A stretch of 64,000 bases of DNA from Acidobacteriota bacterium. GTDB lineage: Bacteria; Acidobacteriota; UBA6911. Below are positions 1 through 13,088 of this stretch, piece by piece. The notes beneath the pieces are model-generated. The model did not search any database, was not told where the DNA came from, and saw only the letters and a program-made list of their open reading frames with translations. Positions within the stretch are counted from its first letter, which is position 1. Each line of letters opens with the position of its first letter. Both the position numbers and the translations under genes were made by a program. The stretch is from contig OY761556.1 in the NCBI GenBank assembly GCA_963664705.1, forward strand, positions 1,888,001 to 1,952,000. Direction: 5' to 3'.

Positions 1-618
1 GCGCAGAGGGACAAAAATGGAAAATACATTGCCCTGGCTGGGACGCAGGGAGAACTCCCCGAGCATGCCTTCAGATAGAATTTTTCCGCACTTCAGGCGA
101 ATGGTTCTTCCGGCGGTATCGCGGCGGCCGTACAGCCACTCCTTCGGAATTGCCTGCTGGGTCTCCACCCGTAACAAAAGTCCATCGCCCGGGCGGAGTC
201 CCAGCTGATTCGCCAGGGATTCCCCTACCAGGGCGGTCTGCCCGTCGGCTGATTCCGGGAGTGGCAATCCGTTCAATTTCCAGAAGCGCTCATCAATGCC
301 ATAGACATTCACATTGTGTGCGCGGACCTGGGTTGCTTCCTGAGCCAGAACTCCCTTAAGAAATATGATTGGACTGGTATGGAAATTCGGGCCGAGCTTA
401 TTGGCGAGATCTTCACCAAAAAAACTGGCGGATGAAACGATGTAGTCGACGGACCCGATCCTCTGGTATAGGAGTTGCCGCAGGCTGTCCCGAACGGACT
501 GGCCTACAAGGAGGGCACCCGTGAGAACGGCCACTGCTACGGCGATGCCGAGAAGGATGGCAATATTTGTTCTCCAGAAAAAAACCAGGTTTCGCAAAAT
601 CAGTTTTCTGGTTTTCAT
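1..618 (-). CDS. ABC transporter permease (FtsX/MacB-like), N-terminal part; runs off the left edge
   Basis: Not in the ORF track. Manual translation from ATG at 618 gives MKTRKLILRNLVFFWRTNIAILLGIAVAVAVLTGALLVGQSVRDSLRQL, typical of an FtsX-like permease start. It lies directly downstream of an ABC ATPase. Confidence 0.85.
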   Translation of the reverse strand, partial: MKTRKLILRNLVFFWRTNIAILLGIAVAVAVLTGALLVGQSVRDSLRQLLYQRIGSVDYIVSSASFFGEDLANKLGPNFHTSPIIFLKGVLAQEATQVRAHNVNVYGIDERFWKLNGLPLPESADGQTALVGESLANQLGLRPGDGLLLRVETQQAIPKEWLYGRRDTAGRTIRLKCGKILSEGMLGEFSLRPSQGNVFSIFVPLR

Positions 619-651
619 GTTTCATCCACGCGCATCGCGATCATAAGATGC

Positions 652-1317
652 CTAAACCCGGCAGATTTGAGTGTCCGCGAGTTTGTATTGGTTTTCAAAA
701 CGGGAAGCGACTTCAAGGTTGTGCGTTACGACGATAAGTATGTTTTGCTGAGCTTTGTGAAGGTTGAGAATCAATGCGGATACGGTCGCCGTTGAAGCGC
801 GATCCAGATTTCCTGTAGGTTCATCGCACAGCAGAAGGCGTGGTTGCATGATAAGCGCGCGCGCCAGTGCGACTCGTTGTCTTTCTCCCCCGGACAATTC
901 CTGTGGATAGTGCCCGATTCGCTGGCTTAACCCTACCTGTTCGAGAAGATCCCTCGCGCGGGATTCGGCTGAGGCATCGGGCGGTGCTACCAGCGTGGGG
1001 ATGAGAACATTCTCAAGAACCGTGCATTGGGGGAGCAGGTGATGATCCTGAAAGACAAACCCGATCTTGCGGTTGCGATAGGCGGCAAGGTTCTTTTCAT
1101 CCATCTCATAAGGGTTTGCTCCATCCAGGCGCACGCAGCCGCTGCTGGGTGGCTCGAGGGCTCCGATTGCATATAGCAGCGTACTCTTGCCACTGCCCGA
1201 AGGACCTATAATGGAAAGAGATGCTCCCGAATCCAAATTCAGGTTTACTTCTGAAAGAACACGGAGCGTCTTTCCCCCGACAAAATATTCTTTTGAGAGC
1301 TTGACAACTTCGAGCAT
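652..1317 (-). CDS. ABC transporter ATP-binding protein (LolD-like)
   Basis: Walker [10 protein letters not shown], signature LSGGERQR, Walker [14 protein letters not shown]-loop VVTH. Confidence 0.95.
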   Translation of the reverse strand: MLEVVKLSKEYFVGGKTLRVLSEVNLNLDSGASLSIIGPSGSGKSTLLYAIGALEPPSSGCVRLDGANPYEMDEKNLAAYRNRKIGFVFQDHHLLPQCTVLENVLIPTLVAPPDASAESRARDLLEQVGLSQRIGHYPQELSGGERQRVALARALIMQPRLLLCDEPTGNLDRASTATVSALILNLHKAQQNILIVVTHNLEVASRFENQYKLADTQICRV

Positions 1318-1350
1318 TGAATCACCCAGGTTAACAATTGGACGCGGCTT

Positions 1351-2649
1351 CTACATAGCTGAGGCTGTTTCCTGTTTCAGGAGCGTGCGATACACGGCAA
1401 GCACAGATTCGGCCATTCGGGTGGCGCTATAGTGTTCGCGCACTCCCTGATACGCCCGGAGTCCGAGTTCTCTTCGTTTCTCCGGATTGTTGTAAAGCTC
1501 AAGAAATGCATGAGCAAGTTGCTCCGGGTTATCAGGCTCTACCAGAACGCCGCCTCCGGTAGTCTCGATCACCTCGGCAAAAGCTCCCTTGCGCGGCTGA
1601 ACCACCGGGATGCCGGCTGCCATGGCCTCGAGAAGATATAGACCTTTGGGATCGGCATAAAGCTCAGGAACGGAGAGGACGCTCAACTGATGAAGAAAAT
1701 CAACTTTCGCGCGACGATCGATTTCGCCGTGGTAATGAAAGTCCTCGGACAAGCCCCAGGCGTCCAGGTCTGCTCGAATACCTTCAAGGTAAGGCTTATG
1801 TTCCGGAGCCAGGTAACCGGCCGCGCTTAGCCTTCCTTCCGGGATACGGGCTCGGAGAATATGAAACGAGTCGCAAAGAAAGCGCAAACCTTTCTCCGGG
1901 CTGATGCGGGCAAGGTATCCAATGGTAAATTTCTCAGGCTCAGAGACGCGCGGCTCAAATCCTGCCAAATTGATTCCCAGGGGAACGACCCGAATGCGAT
2001 TCTGATCAATTCCCAACAACTCTGCCATGCTGCGAGCTCCATAATGGCTCACGGCAATGAAGGCGTCTACATGGGATGCATTCTCACGAATGATGCGAAT
2101 GGATTCGCTTCGATAGGGCTCTCGAAGCTCGCCTAGGAACAGATCTTCTCCCTGCAGGGTACAGCAGACCGGTACTTTCATTTCGGCCTTTATCGCGGGA
2201 GCAAGGGATATGAGCATCGAGTTTGGCAGATTGACAATCTCGGGCTTGATTTCGGAGGAGAGAAATCGAACCAATTTGATGATCTCTTTGCGGAGAGCGC
2301 CGTTGGCACCCCGCAGCATGGACACGGTCAACTGTCCAAGATCTGCCGGGTCTACGCTCAATCCCAATCGGGCCAACACGTGGAGAAGGGGCTTGAAATC
2401 AAAGAGCCGATCAAGAAAAGAGGGAGAGTTTCGGAAAAAGCCGAAATGCTGCTGCAGGTAGATATTAATGCCGCCGAGAAAAACGCGGGGCATGCTCACG
2501 TTTTCCTCATCCGTGCGAGTAGGCGTATACGTTGGGATGAGCAGGACATCCTCGCCCGCATCCAGAAGAGCTTTTGCCAGCGCGTTGTCGCGCAGGCAAC
2601 TGCCGCAATACATCCTTCCGGCTCCGGCGGTAATGCAGGCTATTCTCAT
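1351..2649 (-). CDS. Glycosyltransferase family 4 (GT-B)
   Basis: GYLARISPEKG and GLYLLEAMAAGIPVV motifs; N-terminal YCGSCLRD. Confidence 0.9.
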   Translation of the reverse strand: MRIACITAGAGRMYCGSCLRDNALAKALLDAGEDVLLIPTYTPTRTDEENVSMPRVFLGGINIYLQQHFGFFRNSPSFLDRLFDFKPLLHVLARLGLSVDPADLGQLTVSMLRGANGALRKEIIKLVRFLSSEIKPEIVNLPNSMLISLAPAIKAEMKVPVCCTLQGEDLFLGELREPYRSESIRIIRENASHVDAFIAVSHYGARSMAELLGIDQNRIRVVPLGINLAGFEPRVSEPEKFTIGYLARISPEKGLRFLCDSFHILRARIPEGRLSAAGYLAPEHKPYLEGIRADLDAWGLSEDFHYHGEIDRRAKVDFLHQLSVLSVPELYADPKGLYLLEAMAAGIPVVQPRKGAFAEVIETTGGGVLVEPDNPEQLAHAFLELYNNPEKRRELGLRAYQGVREHYSATRMAESVLAVYRTLLKQETASAM

Positions 2650-2655
2650 GTGTGT

Positions 2656-3831
2656 CTAGTTCCCAAAGCAGTAAAGGACTCCATCCTGAGATCCAATAAC
2701 CAACGATCCCGGAACTGCCGCCGGAGATGCGGAAAGCGGCGCGCCGGCTGTGAAGCTCCATGTTTTCTTCCCGGATAGAAGATCCAATTCATATAGCAGG
2801 CCGTCATTGGAGCCGACAAAAACGCGATTCCCGGAAACCAGCGGTGACGATTCAACACGAGCCTTTGTGAGAAAACCCCACAGCTCTTTTCCGGTCGTTC
2901 GGTCCAGGCAGTGAACCATTTTGTCACGGCCGCCAAGAATCACTCGCTCGGCGGTTACAGCCGCAGATGAGTAATAGGGAAAACTGCGCGTCGGATGCTT
3001 GTAGGTCCATTCCACTTTGTGTTGAGTCAAATCTATTCCAAGAACTTCGTTCGCGAAAGTTCCCACATAGGCCTCATTGCCATATATAGCCAGGGAAGCT
3101 CCCGTGTAGCCTCCAAGCTGCAATGTGTAGTTCTGCTGACCGGAAATAGCATCAATCGCCCTGAAGGTTTCATCGCAGCCGGAAATATAAACATTTTTCT
3201 TATCGATCGACGGGGTGCAGTGCACCGGCCCATCGGTGGAGTATTTCCAAAGCAAAGCCCCGGTTTCGGCAGAAAGGCAATAGAGGTTTTGATCGTAACT
3301 GCCGAAATACACGCGGTTGCCGACAGCATTTGGCGAAGATTTGATCTCCGCGCCCGCTTTAAACGTCCAGCGGGCTTTTCCGGTGGAAGCATCAACGGCA
3401 TGGAAGATGCCGTTGAGATCCCCAATGTATACCAGTCCGTTATGGATGCATGGTGAGGATTCCTGTATTCCCGCCGACGTCGGATAGCGCCACCGGAGTT
3501 TTCCGGTCGCAAGCTCGATGGCGTAAAGAGCGCCTTCCATCGTCCCAACAAAAACGCTGCCTCCGGCGATGCATGCCGAAGACTCGATGGAATCCTTGGC
3601 TTGAAAGCTCCAGCGAAGCTTCAGAGGAGACGGCAGGTCCATGTTACCGACGCCGGTAAGCGTCGAAGATCCACGGAACATCGGCCAATCGATATCTTTG
3701 TCCAGGGAAATGCCTATCCCTGCCACTAGGGCAAGTAGAGCAAAGAATCGGAGGGAGACAGCAGGGAACTGGCGCAATACATTCATCCGATTGCGATGGC
3801 CTTTCTTTCCTTCGAGATTCGCCAATGCCAT
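2656..3831 (-). CDS. PQQ-like beta-propeller repeat protein (BamB-like), exported
   Basis: WPMFRG and repeated SSP...G..Y.G..DG.LYA.D..TGK..W units; hydrophobic N-terminus; start uncertain (3846/3831/3786). Confidence 0.88.
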   Translation of the reverse strand: MALANLEGKKGHRNRMNVLRQFPAVSLRFFALLALVAGIGISLDKDIDWPMFRGSSTLTGVGNMDLPSPLKLRWSFQAKDSIESSACIAGGSVFVGTMEGALYAIELATGKLRWRYPTSAGIQESSPCIHNGLVYIGDLNGIFHAVDASTGKARWTFKAGAEIKSSPNAVGNRVYFGSYDQNLYCLSAETGALLWKYSTDGPVHCTPSIDKKNVYISGCDETFRAIDAISGQQNYTLQLGGYTGASLAIYGNEAYVGTFANEVLGIDLTQHKVEWTYKHPTRSFPYYSSAAVTAERVILGGRDKMVHCLDRTTGKELWGFLTKARVESSPLVSGNRVFVGSNDGLLYELDLLSGKKTWSFTAGAPLSASPAAVPGSLVIGSQDGVLYCFGN

Positions 3832-3835
3832 TTTG

Positions 3836-5251
3836 TCACTTTGCACTGATAGCGTAGAGTTCGTTGCGATTCATAATGTAGAGCACGCCATTAGCGGCAA
3901 CGGGGGTGCTATAGACAGCGCTGCCCATGTTGGTTTCAAAAAGCTTCTTGAGCTCTTTTCCGGTTTGGAACACAGCGACATCGCCGTCTTCGTCTCCGAG
4001 GTATACCCTGCCGTCAGCGACAAGGGGCGACCCCCAAATGGCCGCCAGCATGTCAAAATTCCAATAAGGCTTGCCGGTATTGGCATCGAGACAATGCAGA
4101 AAACCGCTGAAATCGGAAATGTACACAAGCCCGTCCGATACCGCCGCCGTGCTGATGGATCGACGAATCTTGTCGAACTGCCAGATGCGTCTACTCTCGG
4201 TAATATCCCCGCGCTTGGTTGGATCAATGGCATACATGTGACCGGTGCCCTCACCGTTTTCGGGATCCTGACCGACTGCAAGGAATACTTTCGAGTCGGA
4301 CAATACAGGCGTTGCAATAACGTAATTCCTGGTCTTCGGAAACACAGAGCCCTTAGGATTCAAATCGAAGCTCCAGAGCTTGTTTCCGGTCTTTGCATCG
4401 AAACCATACAGGATGCCATCGCCACCCGGAAAAAACGCCTGCAGCACGCCGCCAGCTTCGCCTACTGCAGCAGAAGCCCACTGCCCATGCAGAATATTTG
4501 CGCCAGGCGAGTTGTCCTGCCAGGCAACCTTCCCCGTGTTCTTGTCTACGGCAATAAAGCTGGGCGCTTTGGGCGCCGGCACCTTTTCATTGTTCTCATC
4601 CACACCATTTGAAGTCTCCAGATAAACCAGATCTCCGACAATGACTGGCGAGGAGTTGGACATGTTGTGTGGCATTACGCCCAATTCCTTCACCATATCC
4701 AGTTTCCAGATGATATCGGCGTCGGTCTGGCTCTTGTAGACTTCGTCCTGGAAGGGCCCGTCGTTTTTGCCATCCATAAAGCCCTCGGTATCCAGGCAAA
4801 CCAATTCTCCGCGGTTGGTAACGTAATAGACTCTCTTCCCCTCGACTGCGGGCGAGGAGCAGACTCCCTGTTCGGCCCAATCGTAGGCTGATTCCAGTTT
4901 GTCGCTGACAGCCTGCCAGAGGAACTTGCCGTCGGACTCGCGAAAACACATCAGGATTCCTTTGTCTCCGGCAATCGCTGGGTTTTTCGGATTTTCATTA
5001 TTCGTTCCAAGGAATATCTTTCCATCGGCAACGACCGGGTTGCCATACGATGTTCCCCCGATATCGGCTTTCCATTTAATGTTCTCTTTAGTTTTGGCGT
5101 TCCAGGAAGATGGCAGATTCCTGGCTTGAGACACCATATTGCGTTGCGGGCTTCCTCCCCACATGGGCCAGTCTTGAGAAATGAGAGGGAGGGCTGCAAG
5201 CCCGAGAATTATTCCGATAAGCCAGCGTTTGGGATGAGATGCGAAATTCAT
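3836..5251 (-). CDS. PQQ-like beta-propeller repeat protein, exported
   Basis: Signal peptide then DWPMWGGSPQRN and PQQ_2-type repeats; start probably ATG 5251 (ORF opens at 5281). Confidence 0.88.
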   Translation of the reverse strand: MNFASHPKRWLIGIILGLAALPLISQDWPMWGGSPQRNMVSQARNLPSSWNAKTKENIKWKADIGGTSYGNPVVADGKIFLGTNNENPKNPAIAGDKGILMCFRESDGKFLWQAVSDKLESAYDWAEQGVCSSPAVEGKRVYYVTNRGELVCLDTEGFMDGKNDGPFQDEVYKSQTDADIIWKLDMVKELGVMPHNMSNSSPVIVGDLVYLETSNGVDENNEKVPAPKAPSFIAVDKNTGKVAWQDNSPGANILHGQWASAAVGEAGGVLQAFFPGGDGILYGFDAKTGNKLWSFDLNPKGSVFPKTRNYVIATPVLSDSKVFLAVGQDPENGEGTGHMYAIDPTKRGDITESRRIWQFDKIRRSISTAAVSDGLVYISDFSGFLHCLDANTGKPYWNFDMLAAIWGSPLVADGRVYLGDEDGDVAVFQTGKELKKLFETNMGSAVYSTPVAANGVLYIMNRNELYAISAK

Positions 5252-5347
5252 AGCCACACCCTTTACATTTGGGAAACTCAATCTCCAGTATTCATTCTAT
5301 CGCATGCGGGATGGATGTGCCGCTTTTCCATGCGCAGTCATGGGTTG

Positions 5348-6859
5348 TCAGGATTGCCCGGGATTTGCCTTTTTCCTCATTTGTGCCAATACGCTATGCC
5401 GCCGGCCATAGCTAAAATAAATGATGAAACCAAGTCCCAGCCAGATGATGAGTCTCCACCAGTTTTCAGGCGGAAGGGAAAACATGAGCAGCAGGCACGA
5501 AAGGATTCCCAGGATTGGGACCAGCGGCACCAAAGGTGCGCGGAACGGCCGTTCCGCCTCGGGATGCTTATATCGCATAATCAAAACGGATGCGCAGACA
5601 ATGACAAAGGCAAGCAAAGTTCCGATGTTGGTAAGCTCCGCCAGGATTCTCAAGGGAAGAAATGCAGCCATTACCGATACAAAAATTCCTGTGAGAATAG
5701 TGGATTTCCACGGAGTACGAAATTTGTCATGAATCGAGGCAAAAAGCCCTTCTGGAAGAAGTCCATCGCGGGCCATTGCCAGCAGCACGCGCGGCTGACT
5801 CAGCATCATTACCAGTAAGACCGAGGTTATGCCGGTGATGGCGCCAATATCGATAAGGCGTTGAGCCCACGGCAGTCCTTTTTGACGGAAGGCATCTGCA
5901 ACTGGAGCATTGATGTCGATCTGATCATAGGGAACCATTCCGGTCAAAATGGCCGAGACCGCAATATACAGGAAGGTGCAAATGATCAAGGATGCGATGA
6001 TGCCGATGGGAACATCGCGTTGAGGCTGTTTTGCTTCCTCCGCATGGGTGGAAACGGAATCAAATCCGATATAGGCGAAGAAAATAATGGCAGCCCCGGC
6101 CATTACTCCCAGCGGAGCTCCTCCGCTACCCGTCTGTCCGAAAAGCGTATGGCCAAAGAAACTGATTCCTGTGTAGCCATAAGGGGCAAACGGCGTCCAG
6201 TTTTTGGGGTCGATATAGAACAACCCGACGAGAATAACAAAAAACACAATAAGCAGCTTCACTGCCACCATGATGGTGTTGAAGCCGGCGCTTTCACGGA
6301 TTCCCTTGACCAGAATAGCCGTGATGATAACCGTGATGAGAATGGCCGTAAGATCGAAATAGGCGCCGGTGGCAAAAAAACGGCCCTTATCCGGATCGAA
6401 ATCAAAGGGTGCATTGCTGAAGGCATAGGGGAGGCTTATCCCAAAACTTTTCAGGAGATCCTTAAAGTGAGCAGACCAGCCATGGGCCACAGTGGATGAG
6501 CCAACCGCATATTCAAGCACAAGGTCCCATCCGATGATCCAAGCGAACAATTCGCCCAAGGTTGCATAGGCATAGGTATATGCCGAGCCGGCGACCGGCA
6601 CCATGGATGCAAATTCGGCATAGCACAGTGCAGCAAAGACACAGGCCAGTCCTGCGGCGGCAAACGAAAGTATCAGCGCGGGTCCGGCTTTATCATGCGC
6701 GCCGACTCCAGTCAGGACAAAAATCCCTGTGCCGATGATAGCTCCGACTCCGAGACTTGTAAGAGTGACCGGGCCAAGTATGCGCCGCAAGCGGTTCTCC
6801 CCTTTCATTTCCTCGAGCAGAAGGGCGAGCGGTTTCCTTGCAAAAAGCGGATTTGCCAT
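5348..6859 (-). CDS. Amino acid permease (APC/CAT family)
   Basis: LGVGAIIGTGIFVLTG, YAEFASMVPVAGSAYTY, FFAYIGFD; ATG 6859 preceded by GGAGG. Confidence 0.93.
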   Translation of the reverse strand: MANPLFARKPLALLLEEMKGENRLRRILGPVTLTSLGVGAIIGTGIFVLTGVGAHDKAGPALILSFAAAGLACVFAALCYAEFASMVPVAGSAYTYAYATLGELFAWIIGWDLVLEYAVGSSTVAHGWSAHFKDLLKSFGISLPYAFSNAPFDFDPDKGRFFATGAYFDLTAILITVIITAILVKGIRESAGFNTIMVAVKLLIVFFVILVGLFYIDPKNWTPFAPYGYTGISFFGHTLFGQTGSGGAPLGVMAGAAIIFFAYIGFDSVSTHAEEAKQPQRDVPIGIIASLIICTFLYIAVSAILTGMVPYDQIDINAPVADAFRQKGLPWAQRLIDIGAITGITSVLLVMMLSQPRVLLAMARDGLLPEGLFASIHDKFRTPWKSTILTGIFVSVMAAFLPLRILAELTNIGTLLAFVIVCASVLIMRYKHPEAERPFRAPLVPLVPILGILSCLLLMFSLPPENWWRLIIWLGLGFIIYFSYGRRHSVLAQMRKKANPGQS

Positions 6860-7070
6860 AAGCCTCCATTTATTTAATGCGGACAGTATACAGGAACTGC
6901 AATTTCTTTTGGAACAACGGGGTTCGTTAACTTTTGATATTCCGCGAAGGCCGGTTCTTTCGCAACTTTGCTGACTGTTTTGAGCAGATTGCGAGAAGGC
7001 CGATATTTTGTCTGGGATGACCGATAGTTCCTGGGATAGGATGGGCAGCACCATCTATGGAGATATTACA

Positions 7071-8513
7071 ATGGCAAAGGAACTCAGCCGAAGAGAACTG
7101 ATTCGCACAATTACCGCCGGAGGATTGGTTGTGGCCGGCAGCATGACGCCCCTATCTTCCTTGTTGGAAGCGGCGCAGCAGGCGCCGGCAAGAGGGCCTC
7201 AGCCGCCGGGTCCCGCCGTTTCGCGCACGCCCGCCGTTATCAACAATGGCAGGGTTGTCCAGCCGCAGCGGGAATTGTCCATCCTAAAGAAGACCGGCGT
7301 GCTGGTCGTAGGTGGTGGACCGGCGGGAACCGCAGCAGCACTCTCCGCTCGCCGTCTTGGCGTCGACGTGACGATTGTGGAGCGCTATGGATATCTGGGC
7401 GGGCTGGCAACAGGTGGGCTGGTGCTGGCAATTTTCCCCTTGTATGACCGGAATAACCGACAGGTGATTCAGGGTATTGGGGAAGACATGATGAAGCGGC
7501 TGGATAAGCTCAAGTTCGGAATCATTGAGCGCAGCACCAAGGCTCCATATCCCACCGTGGATGCAGAGGCCTTTAAATTTGTCCTGGCCGATATGGTCCT
7601 CGAATCCGGAATGACCGCCTTCCTTGATTGCTGGGGAGTTGACGCAATCCTCGACAATCGCGGAGCCGTTCGTGGGGCTGTATTTGAAAGCAAATCCGGG
7701 CGACAGGCCATTCTTGCCGATGTGGTCGTCGATGCCTCCGGTGACGGGGATATCTATGCTGCGGCTGGGGCCGGTTTTGTAAAAATAAAGGATAGCATCG
7801 GCCTGGTCAGCAGGATCGGAAACCTGGATGTCGAAGACATGATGGTGGTTACTGAAGGGGGAGCGCAGCGCAAGGTGGAATACAAGAGCGGTGTCAGAGA
7901 TAAAGTCCCGGGAGGACGGCCGACGCGCGGCGGACCGGTGGCTGTATTGGAAGGCCAGGTCGGAAGCCCAACTCCGGCGCCGCATGTAAACTGGCTGAAC
8001 ATGAAGGGCCCGATTGGAGATGGTCTGAATGTTGCCGAGCTCAGTATGCTGGAATTAAAACATCGACGCGCATTGTGGGCAAATTTGGAAAGAGCCAGGA
8101 AAAAGCCGGGCGCCGAGCAGGCTTTCATCGTCGAGACCGCCCCACAAATGGGCGTTCGCCTGACTCGTCTGCTGGAAGGAGTAAAAACCGTTACCATGCA
8201 GGAAGCCAAAGCGGGAGCCAAGTTCAAGGACGTCATCGGGTATGGCGGCAGTTATGGTTCAGCTCCCGAATTCCAGATTCCGTACGGCTGCCTGGTGCCG
8301 GCCAAGGTGGATAACATTCTGGCCGCGGGCCGTTGCGTTTCAGCGGATTTCCCGCTGGCGGATACTCTTCGTTTGATCCCGATATGCTGGGTTACGGGAC
8401 AGGCAGCCGGAATCGCAGCCGCGATGAGCCTTAAGGATAAATGCAAGCCGCGGGATGTCAATGTTTCCAAGCTGCAGACCCTTCTCCGGCAGCAGGGAGT
8501 TTATCTCGGATGA
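7071..8513 (+). CDS. FAD-dependent oxidoreductase (FAD_oxidored-like) with Tat-type leader
   Basis: SRRELI twin-arginine leader; VLVVGGGPAG, GGLATGG, VDASGDGD, IPYGCLVP, LAAGRCVS; GGAGA before ATG 7071. Confidence 0.88.
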   Translation: MAKELSRRELIRTITAGGLVVAGSMTPLSSLLEAAQQAPARGPQPPGPAVSRTPAVINNGRVVQPQRELSILKKTGVLVVGGGPAGTAAALSARRLGVDVTIVERYGYLGGLATGGLVLAIFPLYDRNNRQVIQGIGEDMMKRLDKLKFGIIERSTKAPYPTVDAEAFKFVLADMVLESGMTAFLDCWGVDAILDNRGAVRGAVFESKSGRQAILADVVVDASGDGDIYAAAGAGFVKIKDSIGLVSRIGNLDVEDMMVVTEGGAQRKVEYKSGVRDKVPGGRPTRGGPVAVLEGQVGSPTPAPHVNWLNMKGPIGDGLNVAELSMLELKHRRALWANLERARKKPGAEQAFIVETAPQMGVRLTRLLEGVKTVTMQEAKAGAKFKDVIGYGGSYGSAPEFQIPYGCLVPAKVDNILAAGRCVSADFPLADTLRLIPICWVTGQAAGIAAAMSLKDKCKPRDVNVSKLQTLLRQQGVYLG

Positions 8514-9709
8514 TCAGCAGGAAGCGCTTGCCGCGTCTGCTTGTGCAATTGGCATGTTTTGCCGCGGCAAGCGCCATTTTGTGGCCGATATTTCCACAAA
8601 CCAGTGCAGCAAAATCCTTACTGCAATTAAGTCCGTTTACTGCTTTTTGCTCCTTTGTTGCCCTTAAGACTATGGGCGCGGCCATGGCTTGCGGTTTGCT
8701 GTTTGCCCTGGCTGCTGCTTTCAATCCAAGATATTTATGCCGCTACGTCTGCCCTGCAGGGCTTGTGCTGGAAGAGTTGGGCAAGGTGGGGCTTCGGCGA
8801 AGTGGGTGGTGGCGAAGGTGCCCACTGCTCGGTAAATATATCGCAGGACTCACATTCGCCGGAGCCTTGATCGGATATCCGGTGTTTTTATGGCTGGATC
8901 CCTTTTCCATTTTCAGCAGCATGCTATCCATTAGAACGGCTGCGACGGTGGTTTCAGGCGTTCTTTCGGGTTTTACGCTGTTGGTTTTGCTGGTCCTCAG
9001 TGTGAGTTCAGGATCGCTTTGGTGTTCGCGTCTTTGTCCCCTCGGTGGAATGCAGGATCTGCTTGCTTTGCTTGGGTCAACTTTCTGGAAAAGCCGCGCT
9101 CCGAAGCCTGCTGGGTCCTGGCCCCGGATCGTGATGGCCCGCCGCATCTTTCTGGGGATAGCAGCCGGGATGGGGCTTGGGTTTTTTGCTGGAAAACTCA
9201 GCGCATCGCGTGGAGACAATGCGCCGCTGCGTCCTCCGGGGGCGGTGCGAGAAGGGAAGTTTACCGGGCTGTGTCTGCGCTGTGGCAACTGTATACGCTC
9301 CTGCCCATCAAGGATTATCCAGCCCAACTTTGAGCTGGCCGGCATTACCGGGCTGTTTGCTCCCGAGATTTGTTACAGGACAAAATACTGTCTTGAAGAC
9401 TGCTGTGCCTGCACCCGGGTTTGCCCGAGTGGGGCAATCCAGCCGCTTGAGCTTGAACAGAAGAAACGCTATGTGATTGGGGAAGCGCTTGTGGATGGAT
9501 CACTCTGTCTGCTTGCGTTAAACCGGAAAGACTGTGATGTCTGTGAACGCGCATGCCCATTTGATGCGGTTCACACGCAGTGGGACGAGGATCGATATAT
9601 TGCCTATCCGGTCGTGCAGACCGACAAGTGTAATGGCTGCGGCGCCTGCGAAGTTGCCTGCCCGACGGATCCGACCAAGGCGATTCGGGTCTGGAAAAGA
9701 ATCGATTAG
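8510..9709 (+). CDS. Membrane polyferredoxin, NapH/MauN-like domain fused to NapG/MauM-like domain
   Basis: CRYVCPAG and WCSRLCPLG in a TM region; LRPPGA, CLRCGNCIRSCP, CNGCGACEVACP; ATGA overlap with the upstream gene. Confidence 0.85.
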   Translation: MISRKRLPRLLVQLACFAAASAILWPIFPQTSAAKSLLQLSPFTAFCSFVALKTMGAAMACGLLFALAAAFNPRYLCRYVCPAGLVLEELGKVGLRRSGWWRRCPLLGKYIAGLTFAGALIGYPVFLWLDPFSIFSSMLSIRTAATVVSGVLSGFTLLVLLVLSVSSGSLWCSRLCPLGGMQDLLALLGSTFWKSRAPKPAGSWPRIVMARRIFLGIAAGMGLGFFAGKLSASRGDNAPLRPPGAVREGKFTGLCLRCGNCIRSCPSRIIQPNFELAGITGLFAPEICYRTKYCLEDCCACTRVCPSGAIQPLELEQKKRYVIGEALVDGSLCLLALNRKDCDVCERACPFDAVHTQWDEDRYIAYPVVQTDKCNGCGACEVACPTDPTKAIRVWKRID

Positions 9710-9781
9710 CTTGGTGCTTCAGATAGTATGCGGATTAACCGGGACGGCAGAGCCCCGTGTGATTGGAAAGAGTAGATTGAA

Positions 9782-9819
9782 GCCGGGAGGCTGCAAGCAT
9801 TGCGCCGCAGCCTCCCGGC
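9782..9819. terminator. Hairpin between convergent genes, probable bidirectional terminator
   Basis: Perfect 13-bp inverted repeat GCCGGGAGGCTGC / GCAGCCTCCCGGC. Confidence 0.6.
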
Positions 9820-9828
9820 CATCAGCTT

Positions 9829-13029
<3,201 letters not shown>

Positions 13030-13088
13030 AACTCGCTCCTTTTTGAAGTGGGATGGTTCGCACGGGTCTTGGAGACCTCGGCGATCCG

